A stretch of DNA of 63,361 bases, filler included, from Basidiobolus ranarum (GCA_040143965.1; 35 parts of 35 records of this genome joined end to end with filler, not necessarily neighbours in it); one strand, 5' to 3'. Numbered from the whole stretch's first letter, positions 12,944 to 25,186 are shown. Notes: a model not told the origin generated them from the letters alone. Translations and numbers: made by a program.

Positions 12944-13400
12944 ACATCTTAATTGCAAAATAACATTCCCAAACCCTTCTAAGATCATACGTGTATTTCT
13001 AGAACCAGTCATTCATCTTTTACTGAGATAATTTTATTTTTTGCGAAATATCGTCAGAAGTTTTCATTTCGCCTTCTTGTAAACGAAATTAAGTATATTC
13101 TGTCGATTAGTTGGCAAATGGTCTTTTGAATGTTTCTTTTAACAAATTGATTAAAATTCAATTCAATTCAATTATTAAAACTAATCTTGTCGTCCTAAAT
13201 ATTGGTTTTATATTGCTCACAGAACATCAATTGAAGTTCCACTAAAGTAAATTCAAAGATAGTGTGAAATTCTAACTTATCCAAGCCACTACATAGTATG
13301 GAAGTAATTTCGTGCTTTGAAATATGTAAATGATTAAATCCAATTTGAATAAATATTATCTCACTCTTTCTTAACCAAGACTGACCAACATCTCTATGAA

Positions 13401-14457
13401 ATGAAGTAGACTTTTCTTTTTTCCAACTTACTCCTATTTAGTAGAAAGTAACCAAAACTTTCCATATTTTTTCAAGTGACGATCTTGTTTTAAAGAAAGA
13501 TAGAAGAGGGTTTGAAAAGCGACGCGGACGCGGTAGAGGTCGCGGAAGAGGCAGGGGAAGAGGTGGTGCGAGTGGTACAATAAGTTAAGCAAAGTGACTT
13601 TATAGTCTATGGGTTTTACTTATACCAGTTTAATTTGTTAGGGCCACCTCAAGTTGGACAACCTCATCAAGAGGAGGAAGTAAGTGGATCTGAAGAAGAG
13701 GTGGAAAATCAAGAGAAAATCCCCACTTTTTCTCGACGAAAAGTTCAAAGTAACGCTACTCGATATGAAGAACCTACAGCTGAAGGTTTAGAAAATAGTT
13801 TATTATTTCAGTAGTACACTTAATCAATCTGTTTCTCCATAGAGGAAATGCAAGTAGAAGCTGAGGAAAGTGCTGAAAGGGAAATGAAAAGTTTACTTTC
13901 TTTATTAGAAAAAGCAGGTTATGGTGGTTGTTAAAAGTTTAACCAAGTAGACTATATTGAAATTTTTGTTGTACAGATGACAACTTGGATGCAGACGCTT
14001 ACTTCAAATTCAAAGAAGAAAAGGAATGGAACGATCTGGATTCTAATGAGCCATTAACACCCAACCAAAAGGTTATTCCAAAAGACTCTTGAAGTGTTTC
14101 TTTCCTAACCTTTTGACTGATATGCAAATTATCCTGTATTCTAGAATTATCAAGCTTTTATGAGCATTGATTTCGATGATCTTCAAAGCTCCTTAAGAAC
14201 ACTTGCAGTAAGTGAACGACTTGTGCTTGAGGAGGAGTTAGAATGGAATGTAAGTCGAGTGAAAGTCATGGTTGGAATCAGATCTTTAATATTTAAGTGT
14301 TCATACTATGCAGGAGGATGAGCTGAACGATGAAGAGTATCCTCGACTGTCTGATAAACTCTCACAAAACATCAAACCCACTCATTTACCGACTCGATCC
14401 AAGAATATCTCACCTAATCTAAATGAAGTCACTGCTATCCAGAATTCTAGCCATACA
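13401..14457 (+). CDS. Aven-like RG-repeat protein, multi-exon, 3'-truncated by contig end
   Basis: RRGRGRGRGRGRGRGG, then FSRRKVQSNATRY, YFKFKEEKEW, IDFDDLQSSLRTLAVSERL; same block order as animal Aven as I recall it. Start at 13401 assumes a 5-nt first exon. Confidence 0.65.
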
Positions 14458-14586
14458 NNNNNNNNNNNNNNNNNNNNNNNNNNNNNNNNNNNNNNNNNNN
14501 NTTAATTAATTAANNNNNNNNNNNNNNNNNNNNNNNNNNNNNNNNNNNNNNNNNNNNGGATATGTATTAACACAGGCTATTATTAG

Positions 14587-14795
14587 AGTTAAGTCATGCA
14601 CAAGACGCTCTCTTTGACTCGCTAAATATGCTCATCTCCGATTGGGAACTGGAAGATTATGATGCTGAAGATGTATTTGATCACATTCTGGCCACTGGAT
14701 CCAGAGTGGAAATGTCAATTCCAGAGTGGGTCAGTTGGGATCAGGCAGAGATAGATATGGAGATTGAACTCAGTTTATTTACTAGAAATATGTAA
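14587..14795 (+). CDS. Terminal exon of an unrecognised acidic protein
   Basis: After ..TATTAG: LSHAQDALFDSLNMLISDWELEDYDAEDVFDHIL..EIELSLFTRNM*. Confidence 0.45.
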
Positions 14796-16375
14796 ATACT
14801 ACTCTCGAGCTTTAACACTTGAGCTTATTACTGTAAATATAATAAACGTTCAAGATGACTTACTGTCATTAGTAATCATATCAACTCTAAAACATAATCG
14901 TTTAAAGCAACCTACTGTCATTAATTGTGATCAAATCACTTTAGAGTGGAGTAGTGATAGTTTAAATTGGAGGTTGTATTTGATAAAATGCGAGTCACTT
15001 TTTGGAGCGTTGACAGCATTGATTCAAATAAAACCTGTATCGTTCTCGTATATCCTTAATCTATCATTATTCTGAATGTTACAAATTTTACATTACAATG
15101 AATAACTTTCAATTAATGCTCCTCAAACAGCTATCATTTTTATCTACGTACCACGTTAATCGTAATGATCATACAAAAGGTGGAAAGGAAAATTCAATCA
15201 GTTGGCATGAGAACTCAAGAACTTGAACGGCTGCGGGTTCGAATCCCATCCGGGAAACCAATGGATAAGTTAACGTTATAATGAAAACATGTATTTATAG
15301 AAAGTGAACTATTCGAAGTATTGTAAACAATCTTATGTAATAAAATGTAGAATCTAGTTTTTTTAACTATTAGCCAATTTGTAGATTTAAAGATTTAATC
15401 CATTACCATTGTAAGAATAATTCGGCCTTCTACCTTGAATATTCTAGATATTTTCCAATTGAATTAAATTTTGATATTCTGGGCTCCTAACAATATTCGA
15501 ATTCTTCTTACCTCCCCTGAATGGATGCAATGTAGCTTCGGAGATTAGAAAGTAGGATTATTAAGCTGAAGATGATTGATTATTTTATTAGTAAATAGCA
15601 CTGTTTGCTGTACAGGGAAGTGCTAAAAATAAGTTTCTTTGACCTGTACAACCTCTAACAAGTTGATTTGCAGATTTGATGTATTTGTTGCTAAAGAATG
15701 AAATATGTATTTTTGTCGGGAATTTGGTACACATTGCTCTAAATACTGAATCGATCTTAAACTAACTTCACGTAAATTACGTAAATGCGTAACTTGTGAA
15801 AGATCCTTAAGCCTGTGGAGGTTCTTGTGCCAACGATTCGTAGTAAATAAGATTAGAAATACGTCTAATCGCCATTTCATATCAAGTCATGTATTACAAT
15901 TTAGGATCGTTCTCATAAGTAACAGTAAGAGGGATTACAATGTACAGATGTGTGGGTGAGAGACATCTGTTTGTAAGAGGTATTGTGTATTGACCCTGAA
16001 ATCAACTCATTTATGGACCACGGTCCTCTGGGTTGCCTAGACTAACTAACTGCGTCGTCCTCTACGTTTCTCTTTCATACTTCAGGTTCTAGAGATATGA
16101 CAAACTGGTTGAGAGATCCTGTGAAAACAGATCGATCACCACCTTGATGAATATGGATAAATACTAGAAGGCTCATCACATCCCTCAACAACTCACTACT
16201 AATATGAAGCACTCTCGTAGCGTCAGACGTCAACCCAAAGTAAGCTTAAAGCTCATAAAGCAAGTATCAAGAATGNNNNNNNNNNNNNNNNNNNNNNNNN
16301 NNNNNNNNNNNNNNNNNNNTTAATTAATTAANNNNNNNNNNNNNNNNNNNNNNNNNNNNNNNNNNNNNNNNNNNN

Positions 16376-16532
16376 GCTTAACAGGCATGTTTGTTATGAT
16401 CTAAGCATGTCCAATAGTCCTATTTCATAGTAAACTATAAATAGGACATATTCAATTCAATAAAACTTAAGTGTCTAATTCACAAAATCATATCTTGTCC
16501 AAAGCACTTCCAAATCCCCTAAACACCTTTAT
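16376..16532 (+). repeat. Copia LTR-B 3' part
   Basis: Matches 1822-1932 and, inverted, 16785-16933. Confidence 0.75.
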
Positions 16533-16775
16533 TACAAAGGAGCTGCAGTATTGCCAAGAGTTTCCAAGAGAAGATAAAGAGCTCTGGAAGAAGGCTGTAA
16601 AAAATATCAATTCTGTAATGCCAAATGGAAGATGGGACCAGGTGACATTGCCTGGGGAGCAAAACACTGTTGGATATAGATTGGCTTCATGATTCATGGA
16701 AATGCCAATGGAACCCCAAACCATTACACAGCCAGACTTTTTACTCAAGGATACTTGCAAGTTGAGGGTGTTAAC
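16533..16775 (+). mobile_element. Copia RT N-terminal remnant
   Basis: ELWKKAVKN..NGRWDQVTLPGEQNTVGYR..HYTARLFTQGYLQVEGV. Confidence 0.75.
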
Positions 16776-17122
16776 AATAATGAGTGGTTAGGGGATTTGG
16801 ATGTGTTTTGGACAAGATTTAGATTTGTTATTAGACACTTACGAGTTTTTGAATTGAGTATGTCCTATTTTTAGTTTACTATGAATAAGGACCATTGGAT
16901 GTTCTTAGATCAAGACAAACATGCCTGTTAAGCATGGGTGAAAATTTGAGGTGATTTGGAGAAGTTTTGAGATAATAGTGAAAATTGATAAAAGTGATCT
17001 AATTAATACATCTATCAATTAGAATAAACACACGTTTTAAATGGCAAAACTGCATGCTAAATAGTCAGAATACTAACAAACTAACTACTCAATAATGAGT
17101 TGCTATATACCTAATTTCAACA
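16775..17122 (-). repeat. Copia LTR-B (3' LTR) preceded by PPT
   Basis: Minus strand reads AGTGGGAA-TGTTGAAATTAGG directly after the RNase H end. Confidence 0.8.
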
Positions 17123-17139
17123 TTCCCACTGAACTAATT

Positions 17140-18045
17140 ATTTTGTATTTCTCTTAAACCTAACTTTACCTTGATAATTCAAATTGCACTTTAGCTACAG
17201 GTTGGTTTAAGATGTCAGCAATCATTTCTTCAGTAGTGCAATAAACAAGTTCAATTATATCATTCTCTATTGCTACTCAAAAACAATGGTAACTAATATC
17301 TATATGTTTTGTTCTAGGACAAAATGTTGGGTTTTTAGGTAGTAAAATACAACTTTGATTATCTTCAATAACAGTAATAGCATATTTTTGCATGTATCCT
17401 AAGTCTGTAAATAACTTCCTTAACTACATAGCTTCTTGTGTAGTAGCAGAGGTAGCCATATACTCTGCTTTAGCAACATTTATTCCCCAGTCTGCATCAT
17501 TGTAGCTTTCAAAATTTTGTGCAACAGCAATGGCAGAGTATTCCAGAACTAGATCTACAATTCCTCTGAAATACCTGACTACTTGTTTTACTGCAGTTTT
17601 GTGCTTATATCCTGGATTTTTTAGATATTGGCTGACAGTTCCCACTGCCACAGGAATGTCTGGCTGTGTTCCAGACATTGTATACATTACACCATCCACC
17701 ATGAATTGATAAGAGTACTATTCATTTTGATTTGAGTCATTTTGAGCCAAATTGGATTAAATTTTGATCAACTTCACACTGGTATCCATTGCTTTTGATG
17801 AAGGCTTTCTATTCTCCATGTTGAAGCATTTTAGGATTTATGGGAAGTATCAAGACTGAATCACACTGATTTTCTCATTGGGTTTATCTCTCTTGATTTG
17901 GATTCCAAGAAATTACTTAAATCACCCATATCAGTCATCTGCAATTGGTTTCATAAGCTGCTTTTTGTCTGATTAAGTCCTGCTTGATCATTTGTGGCTA
18001 TGATCAAGTCATCCACATACAGTGCCAAGAAAAGGATCCTCTTAC
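17140..18045 (-). mobile_element. Copia RT-RNase H remnant
   Basis: LYVDD, FLGIQI, TQPDIPVAVGTVSQY, YNDADWG, EDNQSCI, TKHIDI, MIADIL; LTR-B start inserted at about 18046. Confidence 0.9.
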
Positions 18046-18243
18046 TGTTGAAGTTAGGTAAATAGCAACTCATTATTTAGTAGTTAGTTTATNNNNNNNN
18101 NNNNNNNNNNNNNNNNNNNNNNNNNNNNNNNNNNNNTTAATTAATTAANNNNNNNNNNNNNNNNNNNNNNNNNNNNNNNNNNNNNNNNNNNNTATGGCTC
18201 CAATTTATACTTTTCTGGTGGTAGACATGATTACTAATGAGAA

Positions 18244-18451
18244 TTTCTGGAAAGTTCCAGAGAGTTCTATTGGTGGGGATCTGGGGTTATGATATCATCA
18301 TAAATCATAAGATTAGTAATCCATAGATTGTTCCGGAAGCTTGTAGAATACTCCAGAAAGCTATGGAATGTTCTGGCAAAATCAAGTTTCAACTGGTCAA
18401 AACTCAATCAATCATGAAATAATCCAAGAATCTTGTGGAATGTTCCGGAAT
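18244..18451. promoter_or_regulatory. Three heat-shock-element-like arrays (alternating nGAAn/nTTCn) upstream in a Copia LTR
   Basis: tTTCt gGAAa gTTCc aGAGa gTTCt (18244-18268); ten pentamers in register at 18330-18379; six at 18422-18451. Confidence 0.6.
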
Positions 18452-18693
18452 AATGTGAGAATTAACAATTCCATATTGGAAATTTCCAACTTGTCCAAAT
18501 TTCCCCAAAGATAGCTCATTTTACTCCCACAGATGTTCTGAATACAACCCCAGTGTTAGGTTTTTGTATTTCCACCAAACTTATCAATGCTTCCATTCTG
18601 GACAATAAATAAATATCTCACAAAGCTATTCACAACTCCACTTTTCAAAAGTTACTCCATACAGCCCATATTTTCCCAATAGGTTATGTGCCC
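18448..18693 (+). repeat. Copia LTR-C 3' part plus PBS (GGTTATGTGCCC, 18682-18693)
   Basis: Aligns with 40952-41198; LTR ends ..TTTTCCCAATA. Confidence 0.8.
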
Positions 18694-18694
18694 C

Positions 18695-19908
18695 ATGTTC
18701 TAACCTTTACTGGAGATGAAAAGCAACCTTCTGACCCCTCTTTATTGGAAGTTTACAACAAAAGGGACAAGAAGGCCTTTAATGTGATTTGTCAAAGTTT
18801 GAAGGATTCACAACTTGTGAATATTCAATATGCAAAGACTTCCCATCAAGCTTGGCCTATATTGGCAGAGTGTTATTAAGCAAAGAGTCTTGCTACTTGA
18901 CTCTTTCTCAGACAAAAATTCTTCATTGTAAAGATGGAAAAGTCTGAAAACATGGTTACTCATATTGCAAATGTGAGATCTTTGGCAAAAAACTGGAAAA
19001 TGTTGGTGCAACTTTACAGGATGAAGATATCATCATGACTCTTCTAAGTAGTCTATCAGAACAATACTCAAACTTGGCCACAGCTTTGGAAGCAAAATCT
19101 GACAAGTTGTCTCTGGAGTTTGTGGTGGCAAGGCTAATGGATCAACACCTCAGAAGTAAGAATTTGAAAAAAGAATCTGAGGAAGTGGCTCTTTTTGAAT
19201 CTAGAAAATGTAGCTTTGGCAAGTACAAAGGTTACAAAAGAAGGAAACCAGGTTTATGCTTTGGGTGTAACAAACCAGGATACCAGTTAAAAGATTGAAA
19301 ATCAAGAAATTACAACAAAATGGGAAGTCAGAAGAAGCAAATCAGGTTTCAACCAAAGAGGAAGTTTTATTCATTTCTGCCCTATCAGTGACCTCTGAGC
19401 AAGACTATAGGTCATGGTATATTCATTCTGCAACCTCTCAACATTTCTCTAATCAAAAAAACTGCTTTAAGAAACTCAATACTGACATAAACAAGAAGGT
19501 TTATATGGGAGATGACCAGCCTCTAGAAGCTCTGGGGGTAGCAAAAATTGAGTGGATCTTGGGGCAAATCTGGGGACATGTATTTGACACTGAAAAGTTT
19601 GCTATATGCATCTGGGATAGCAGAAAACTTGTTATCAGTGAGTAAAGCTATATGTATTTGGGATAGCAAAAGATTTGTTATAAGTGAGTCAAGCTATATC
19701 TGAGGAATGTAGTTTTAATTTTGATCAAAATGGCTGCACAATCAAGGATCAAAAAAAGAATTACATAGCTTCTGGAGCTGAGCAAGATAACTTGTATAAA
19801 CTTCATTATATTAGGCCAATATATGAACAAATTAATACTGCCACAGCTGAAGAGATAGACTGGAAAATCTGGTTTAGGAGATTGGGTCATCAAGGAGCTG
19901 AAAATATG
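18695..19908 (+). mobile_element. Copia gag-protease-GAG-pre-integrase remnant (family C)
   Basis: KRDKKAFNVI, MTLLSSLSEQY, knuckle CFGCNKPGYQLKD, protease WYIHSATSQH, NLLSVS, IWFRRLGH. Confidence 0.9.
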
Positions 19909-20008
19909 NNNNNNNNNNNNNNNNNNNNNNNNNNNNNNNNNNNNNNNNNNNNTTAATTAATTAANNNNNNNNNNNNNNNNNNNNNNNNNNNNNNNNNNNN
20001 NNNNNNNN

Positions 20009-20540
20009 CTTGACAAAACTATAAATGTCAACTTTCTACTCAATAAATCAATAAGTGAAAACCACCAATTCCTCTAATTCTCCAAACCACTTCCAACAGG
20101 CTCCCAAATACTTTAACATTAGCTAGATAGAAATTTGAGGAATTTAGACCTTTATTAGGATTAGTTTATATGAATATTTAGTTGAGGGAGGGTGCTGAAA
20201 TTAGCATTGCCTAAGGACCTATATACTCATATATAGCTTAGTACTTAGTTAACTTAAAGTTCACTAAGATATTATCCATTACTCTCAATTAGAATTTACT
20301 TGGAATATTTTTACCAACTTAGAAGGTCTCAGATAAATAGATTATTCAAGCATGTGCTAGAAGCCCCAAACTTTGCACACATATTCCTGGGACCATCCTT
20401 AAAGCATTCTGCATGTTAGCTTGCTTACATCTTGACAAAACTATATATGTCAACTTTCTATTCAATAAATCAATAGGTGAAAAATACCAATTCCTCTAAT
20501 TCTCTAAATCACTTCCACAAGGCTCCCAAGCACTCAAACA
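20009..20540 (+). repeat. LTR-A 3' end (to 20118), 74-bp RNase H tail/PPT, full LTR-A (20193-20540)
   Basis: PPT GTTGAGGGAGGG precedes TGCTGAAATTAGC; both copies match LTR-A. Confidence 0.8.
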
Positions 20541-21540
20541 CAAATAACCCAAACCTGTCAATAGTTTTCTTAACCGTATTGCTTCTTTTGTTACACCACA
20601 AGCAGCTAGGTATTCTGCTTTGGTTGTTGCTGATGCTATGGTCAGTGGTTTCTTTGAGCCTCAAGAAATAGCTCCATTAAAGCTGAGATAAAAGTATCCT
20701 ACTGTAGATCTCCTGTTTTCTATACCTATTCCCCAACTTGCATCTGATTCTTCTATTAGATCAAAACTTGATCTGGAATTTGTGTATTTAAAGCATAGAT
20801 AAACAGTACCTTTCAAATATTTGAAAATCTGCCCAACTGCTATGATTTGATAAAAGCCATAATTGGAAGATATTGGCTGATAGCTCACACAGAATATGCA
20901 ATACCTGGACATGCTCTAGCTATGATATAAATCTAACTACTAACCATAGATTGAAAAGGAAAACTCTGGCTTTTGTTTGAATCCAACAACATCTGATTTA
21001 AGCCATTTTTGGTCAAGTCAAGATTTTTCTCCATTGGGGTATATATTGGATTACATTCTTCCATTTTAAGCTTTTCAAGATATCTAGGTTATACTTAGAC
21101 TGGCTTGAAGTTAATGTTTTGTTAGTTCTCTCTATCTGAATTTAGATTTCAAGATAGTGTATCAGTTCAAAAAGATGAGTCATCTTGAATGTGGCAGATA
21201 TGCTGGAGTTGGTTCTCTCCAAAGTCATGAAGTCATTGGTTGCTATAATAAGGTCATCTACATATATGGTTAATTGAAGTAGGTTTGTCTTATTGCGCCT
21301 CAAATAGGTACTATAGTCAGCATTACTCTTATGGAGTTCAAGTGTTTCCAAAAAAGCATCTTTCTTGCTGTTCCAAGCTCTCTGAGACTGTTTTTAGCCA
21401 TAGAGTGTTTTCAGAGTCTGCAAGCTTTTTCAGGGTTTTCAGGATCCATGAATAAATCTGGCTGGTCTATATAGGTCTCCTCAGCAAGCTCACCATTTAA
21501 AAAGTCAGCTTTAACATCAATTTGATATATAACAAGCTGA
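20541..21540 (-). mobile_element. Copia RT-RNase H remnant
   Basis: IYQIDVKADFLNG, IYVDD, SDASWG..RRSTVGY..GAISW. Confidence 0.88.
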
Positions 21541-21544
21541 TATT

Positions 21545-21723
21545 TGTTGAAGTTTATTGTCTTTATCATATTTGTTATCTCTATCTTTATAAACCTAACT
21601 ATTTTGTATATCACATGTAAGTTAGTTAACTTTACTTAGTCAAATATCTCTCAGCTGAAAATTGGAACATATATTATATTTATATGTGAATAATGTGAGA
21701 ATTAGCCATCCATTATTGGAAAT
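21545..21723 (+). repeat. Copia LTR-C 5' part
   Basis: TGTTGAAGTTTATTG start; aligns with 40809-40985. Confidence 0.75.
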
Positions 21724-21823
21724 NNNNNNNNNNNNNNNNNNNNNNNNNNNNNNNNNNNNNNNNNNNNTTAATTAATTAANNNNNNNNNNNNNNNNNNNNN
21801 NNNNNNNNNNNNNNNNNNNNNNN

Positions 21824-22246
21824 GTTTTCACTTGTCAGAGTACTTGGCGTCACAGCTCTCTCTTCCGTCATTGGGACAGGAGATTGTGTATCAGAGCGCG
21901 AGGAAGGGAATTTCCCACCTCTCTTACCCCTACCTCTACCTCTTCCTCTAAAGCCACCCCTCTTCACTCCTCTACCTCTATAGCCATAGTCTTTATCGCT
22001 TTTATCGAGCTTAAGATCTTTGATAGCAGTTGTCAGTGATTCATCTCCATTATTTTTATTAATCTTGTTTGATTTGGTTCGATTGGTTGAACGAGCAACC
22101 CCCGTAGTAGGGTTACTACGTCCTGAGGCATCACTATCACAAGTCTCCTCATCAGACGATAAAGCGGATATAACATCTGAACCAGAGTCTTCGGAATCCT
22201 CCTCATGGTGTCGTTGACGTCTAGAATACCTGGTCAAACTTCTCAT
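21824..22246 (-). CDS. N-terminus of acidic, RG/RGG-rich protein (putative RNA-binding; possibly Btz/CASC3-like)
   Basis: Open frame MRSLTRYSRRQRHHEEDSEDSGSD..RGRGVKRGGFRGRGRGRGKRGG to contig end; the family guess rests on composition only. Confidence 0.55.
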
Positions 22247-23384
22247 TTAATGTAGGGGTAGGTCTATTAGTTAGAAATATGAGGAAGTATTGCTTTAGTT
22301 GTTTGGCTTGGCTAGAGATAAGTAGTACTATTTACCGTATAGGGTCAGTAAAACAAAAAAAAATAACCGGACTAAAAGAGTTAATACTACGATATAATTC
22401 AAATGTATGTATAAATAAAATGATCTGGAAGTATGGTAAAAAAGATTGAGAATCGTGGAAAATACCTATATAAATCTCATTCAACTATGACTTACCTAGG
22501 AATTAACTGAGGGGGGAGTAGGTATGACTATTGTTCACTTGGTAAAAAAGAGGAGGAATTTTTCCTTGATAAACACGATAATTCCCATATTTTTCAATTG
22601 CGATATTTTTAGGATGAATGTTTCCATGAAATTCTATCGTAGCCTAAATGATTGGGATTATGTGTAAACAATGGCTACTATTAAGTTGGAAATCTTCAAA
22701 CTATTCCTGCTAGAATTTAGGGAGACGCTGGACTAAATGCTAGCATTACGATGTGCATAAATTTAGCGTTGGCAAGCGTTGTCATTGGGTTAATTAAGCC
22801 TTGAGCATGTACTTAAACAATTGATACATTGCCTCTACTGATCATAGAGTTGAGTATCCGCAATAAAAAAATTCCTGAACAATTAACGCATCTAATGTAA
22901 ATACCTGTTTAAGCATGATGTTAGCATAAAATATAAATGCTAACAATTCAATGCAATCGATTCAATGCTCATATGCCTTGTCTAGATCCTCATATTCCCA
23001 GTTGTTGGTTGTTGGCCTCTATCTAGCCTTCAACATATCATTCTAAACTTCCCCTCATCTTGAATTATGCAAGCTCTCGGTGCTAATTTCACATTCAATG
23101 GTCGTTCAAGCCTTAATATACTGATATATCATACAGAAACTCAGTTTCCCATCACTAATTACTCATATTGTTAACTATGCATTGCTTATTTATTGTATAT
23201 AGTTATATATTTGAATGTAACAAAATAGTTTATATACTTTTGACAGAAAATTTAAAATGTTAATGATAAAAATATGTGCTGAAACTTGCATAGCCTAAAC
23301 TTCTATATAGTAATATATAGCTCTTCCATATTGAACCAAGACATCCTCACTATTCCAAGAAGAATCTACTTAGAAATTCAAAGA

Positions 23385-23538
23385 TGTTGAAAGTAGCATT
23401 GCCCAAATACCTAAATAGTCATATATAGCTTAGTATTTAGTCATCTTATATCAAGCTAAGATATTACCCATGTTAAAGTATTTGGGAGCCTGTTGGAAGT
23501 GGTTTGGAGAATTAGAGGAATTGGTGGTTTTCACTTAT
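23385..23538. repeat. LTR-A 5' fragment interrupted by an inverted LTR-A end
   Basis: TGTTGAAAGTAGCATTGCC.. then TGTTAAAGTATTTGGGAGCC at 23471. Confidence 0.75.
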
Positions 23539-23638
23539 NNNNNNNNNNNNNNNNNNNNNNNNNNNNNNNNNNNNNNNNNNNNTTAATTAATTAANNNNNN
23601 NNNNNNNNNNNNNNNNNNNNNNNNNNNNNNNNNNNNNN

Positions 23639-23836
23639 GTTAAGATTATGTTGGATTGGGATCCCTCTGGTAAGATTGGGCCTAAGAACCCTCTACCTGA
23701 TATGATCACCATCTTAGAACCTAAATCCGAATCCGTTGTCACTGAGCCTATCTCCGAGGACTTCGCTAAGAAGGTTGAAGCTCCTGTTGTAGAAGAAACC
23801 GTTGAATCGGCAGAACAGTCTGTAGAAGCTAAATAA
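23639..23836 (+). CDS. RPS3: 40S ribosomal protein S3 (uS3), C-terminal fragment
   Basis: [29 protein letters not shown] is the conserved eukaryotic uS3 C-terminus. Confidence 0.93.
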   Translation, partial: VKIMLDWDPSGKIGPKNPLPDMITILEPKSESVVTEPISEDFAKKVEAPVVEETVESAEQSVEAK

Positions 23837-24469
23837 ACTTGGTGAACTCTTGCTGAATAAATTAACTATTTCATGTAGATGATTTTTATGTCACGATGAT
23901 AGGACCTCTTTATTGGATTTCTCCTCTATAGCGAGCACTTAGTGACATTTACCACGTATTGCAAATCAACATGTATTTTAATCCAATACTTCAAGATACA
24001 GTATAATTTGTATAATCTATTGAACGAGAATGTAGAATAATAATAATAATAATCGACATAAATGGAATATGAATGACTTACCTTTACTCGAACGAGCACT
24101 TGAATTTTTATCCTCTGTTGGTAAGCACTGCTCTCCTTGTCTTGTAGCAAAGGTTTAGTTTGACAATTTTCGGAGGATAGTATGAATATTTGTAGAGATT
24201 AGAAACAACGAAATGTCCTGAAAAAAGAAATCACTTTATTATATATATATTATCACTATATTATGAGCACTGTATTAACATTCGAAATAATCGTGATTCA
24301 AGATCTATTGCTACACTTTTTTATATATAAAAATAGATTTCTATAATATTTGACTATTGAACGTAGGTCACCACTTAATTGATAGGCAATAATTGACGTC
24401 TAAGTAATTCGTATGCTTGGATATTGAAAGCCACCAAAAATCATTGTACTTCGCTTCGAAAATATACCC

Positions 24470-25186
24470 TTAGGCAAAAGCCCATATGATAATGGCTAAA
24501 CAGGCGAAAAGTATCAAGGCTGAAGCAATGGACATCATACGATTGTAACATCTCCATCGTTGCTCTATTTTTGAGTTAGAATACCTCGGATAATAAGAGC
24601 CAAGCCACCATAATGGCATCAACAAGAAACCAAATAAAAAGAAAAGTGATCCGGTGGTAATCACAAATTGCTGCTTTTCTATATCAATATCTTCTATCGG
24701 AATGGATCCAGAAAATAAATATTGCTCTCTTGGAGCTGGTTGAGTCATGATTGCATCACAGGTTTCAGTCTTCTCATCTTCATTTTTATTCACTTCCTCT
24801 TCAACGTGAATAATTTGATGGTGAGAAGCGTACGAGTTGGGGCCAGTTCGTGGAGCAACTATGATGGACGGCGGATAATTGCGTTGATGAGTAGATATTG
24901 GCCTAGATTGTGATCGTCTTAAATAGTCGACTGCAAGCTCATATTCCATCGAGCCTGGACCATATTCTGCATTGTAGGTCATAGCAGAAGGATTCCCAAA
25001 AGTCACAGTGCGAAGGCTGGGAATATATCGGTGACCTGTATATACTCTTGGAGGTACAGTAGGTGGCTCGGTAGATTTTCGTTTAGAACTACTATCAGCT
25101 GCTGACGATGCATCCGAACGATGGTTGAGATGATTTGTGGACTCATCATAGTAAGGCCCAACATAGTCGGGAGTATTTGTGTTCAT
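24470..25186 (-). CDS. Uncharacterised membrane protein, 238 aa
   Basis: Intact ORF; disordered N-terminus, then LFFLFGFLLMPLWWLGSYYP..EQRWRCYNRMMS and a C-terminal hydrophobic helix. Confidence 0.8.
   Translation of the reverse strand: MNTNTPDYVGPYYDESTNHLNHRSDASSAADSSSKRKSTEPPTVPPRVYTGHRYIPSLRTVTFGNPSAMTYNAEYGPGSMEYELAVDYLRRSQSRPISTHQRNYPPSIIVAPRTGPNSYASHHQIIHVEEEVNKNEDEKTETCDAIMTQPAPREQYLFSGSIPIEDIDIEKQQFVITTGSLFFLFGFLLMPLWWLGSYYPRYSNSKIEQRWRCYNRMMSIASALILFACLAIIIWAFA

Noticed and set aside
12830..13012. Minus-strand 60-aa ORF and similar shadows (767-964, 22020-22217, 24722-24913, 53185-53436)
   Set aside because: Antisense to clear genes; no independent coding signal.
16376..16933. MITE with long TIRs
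   Set aside because: The arms are copies of LTR-B, one attached to its own PPT and RNase H.
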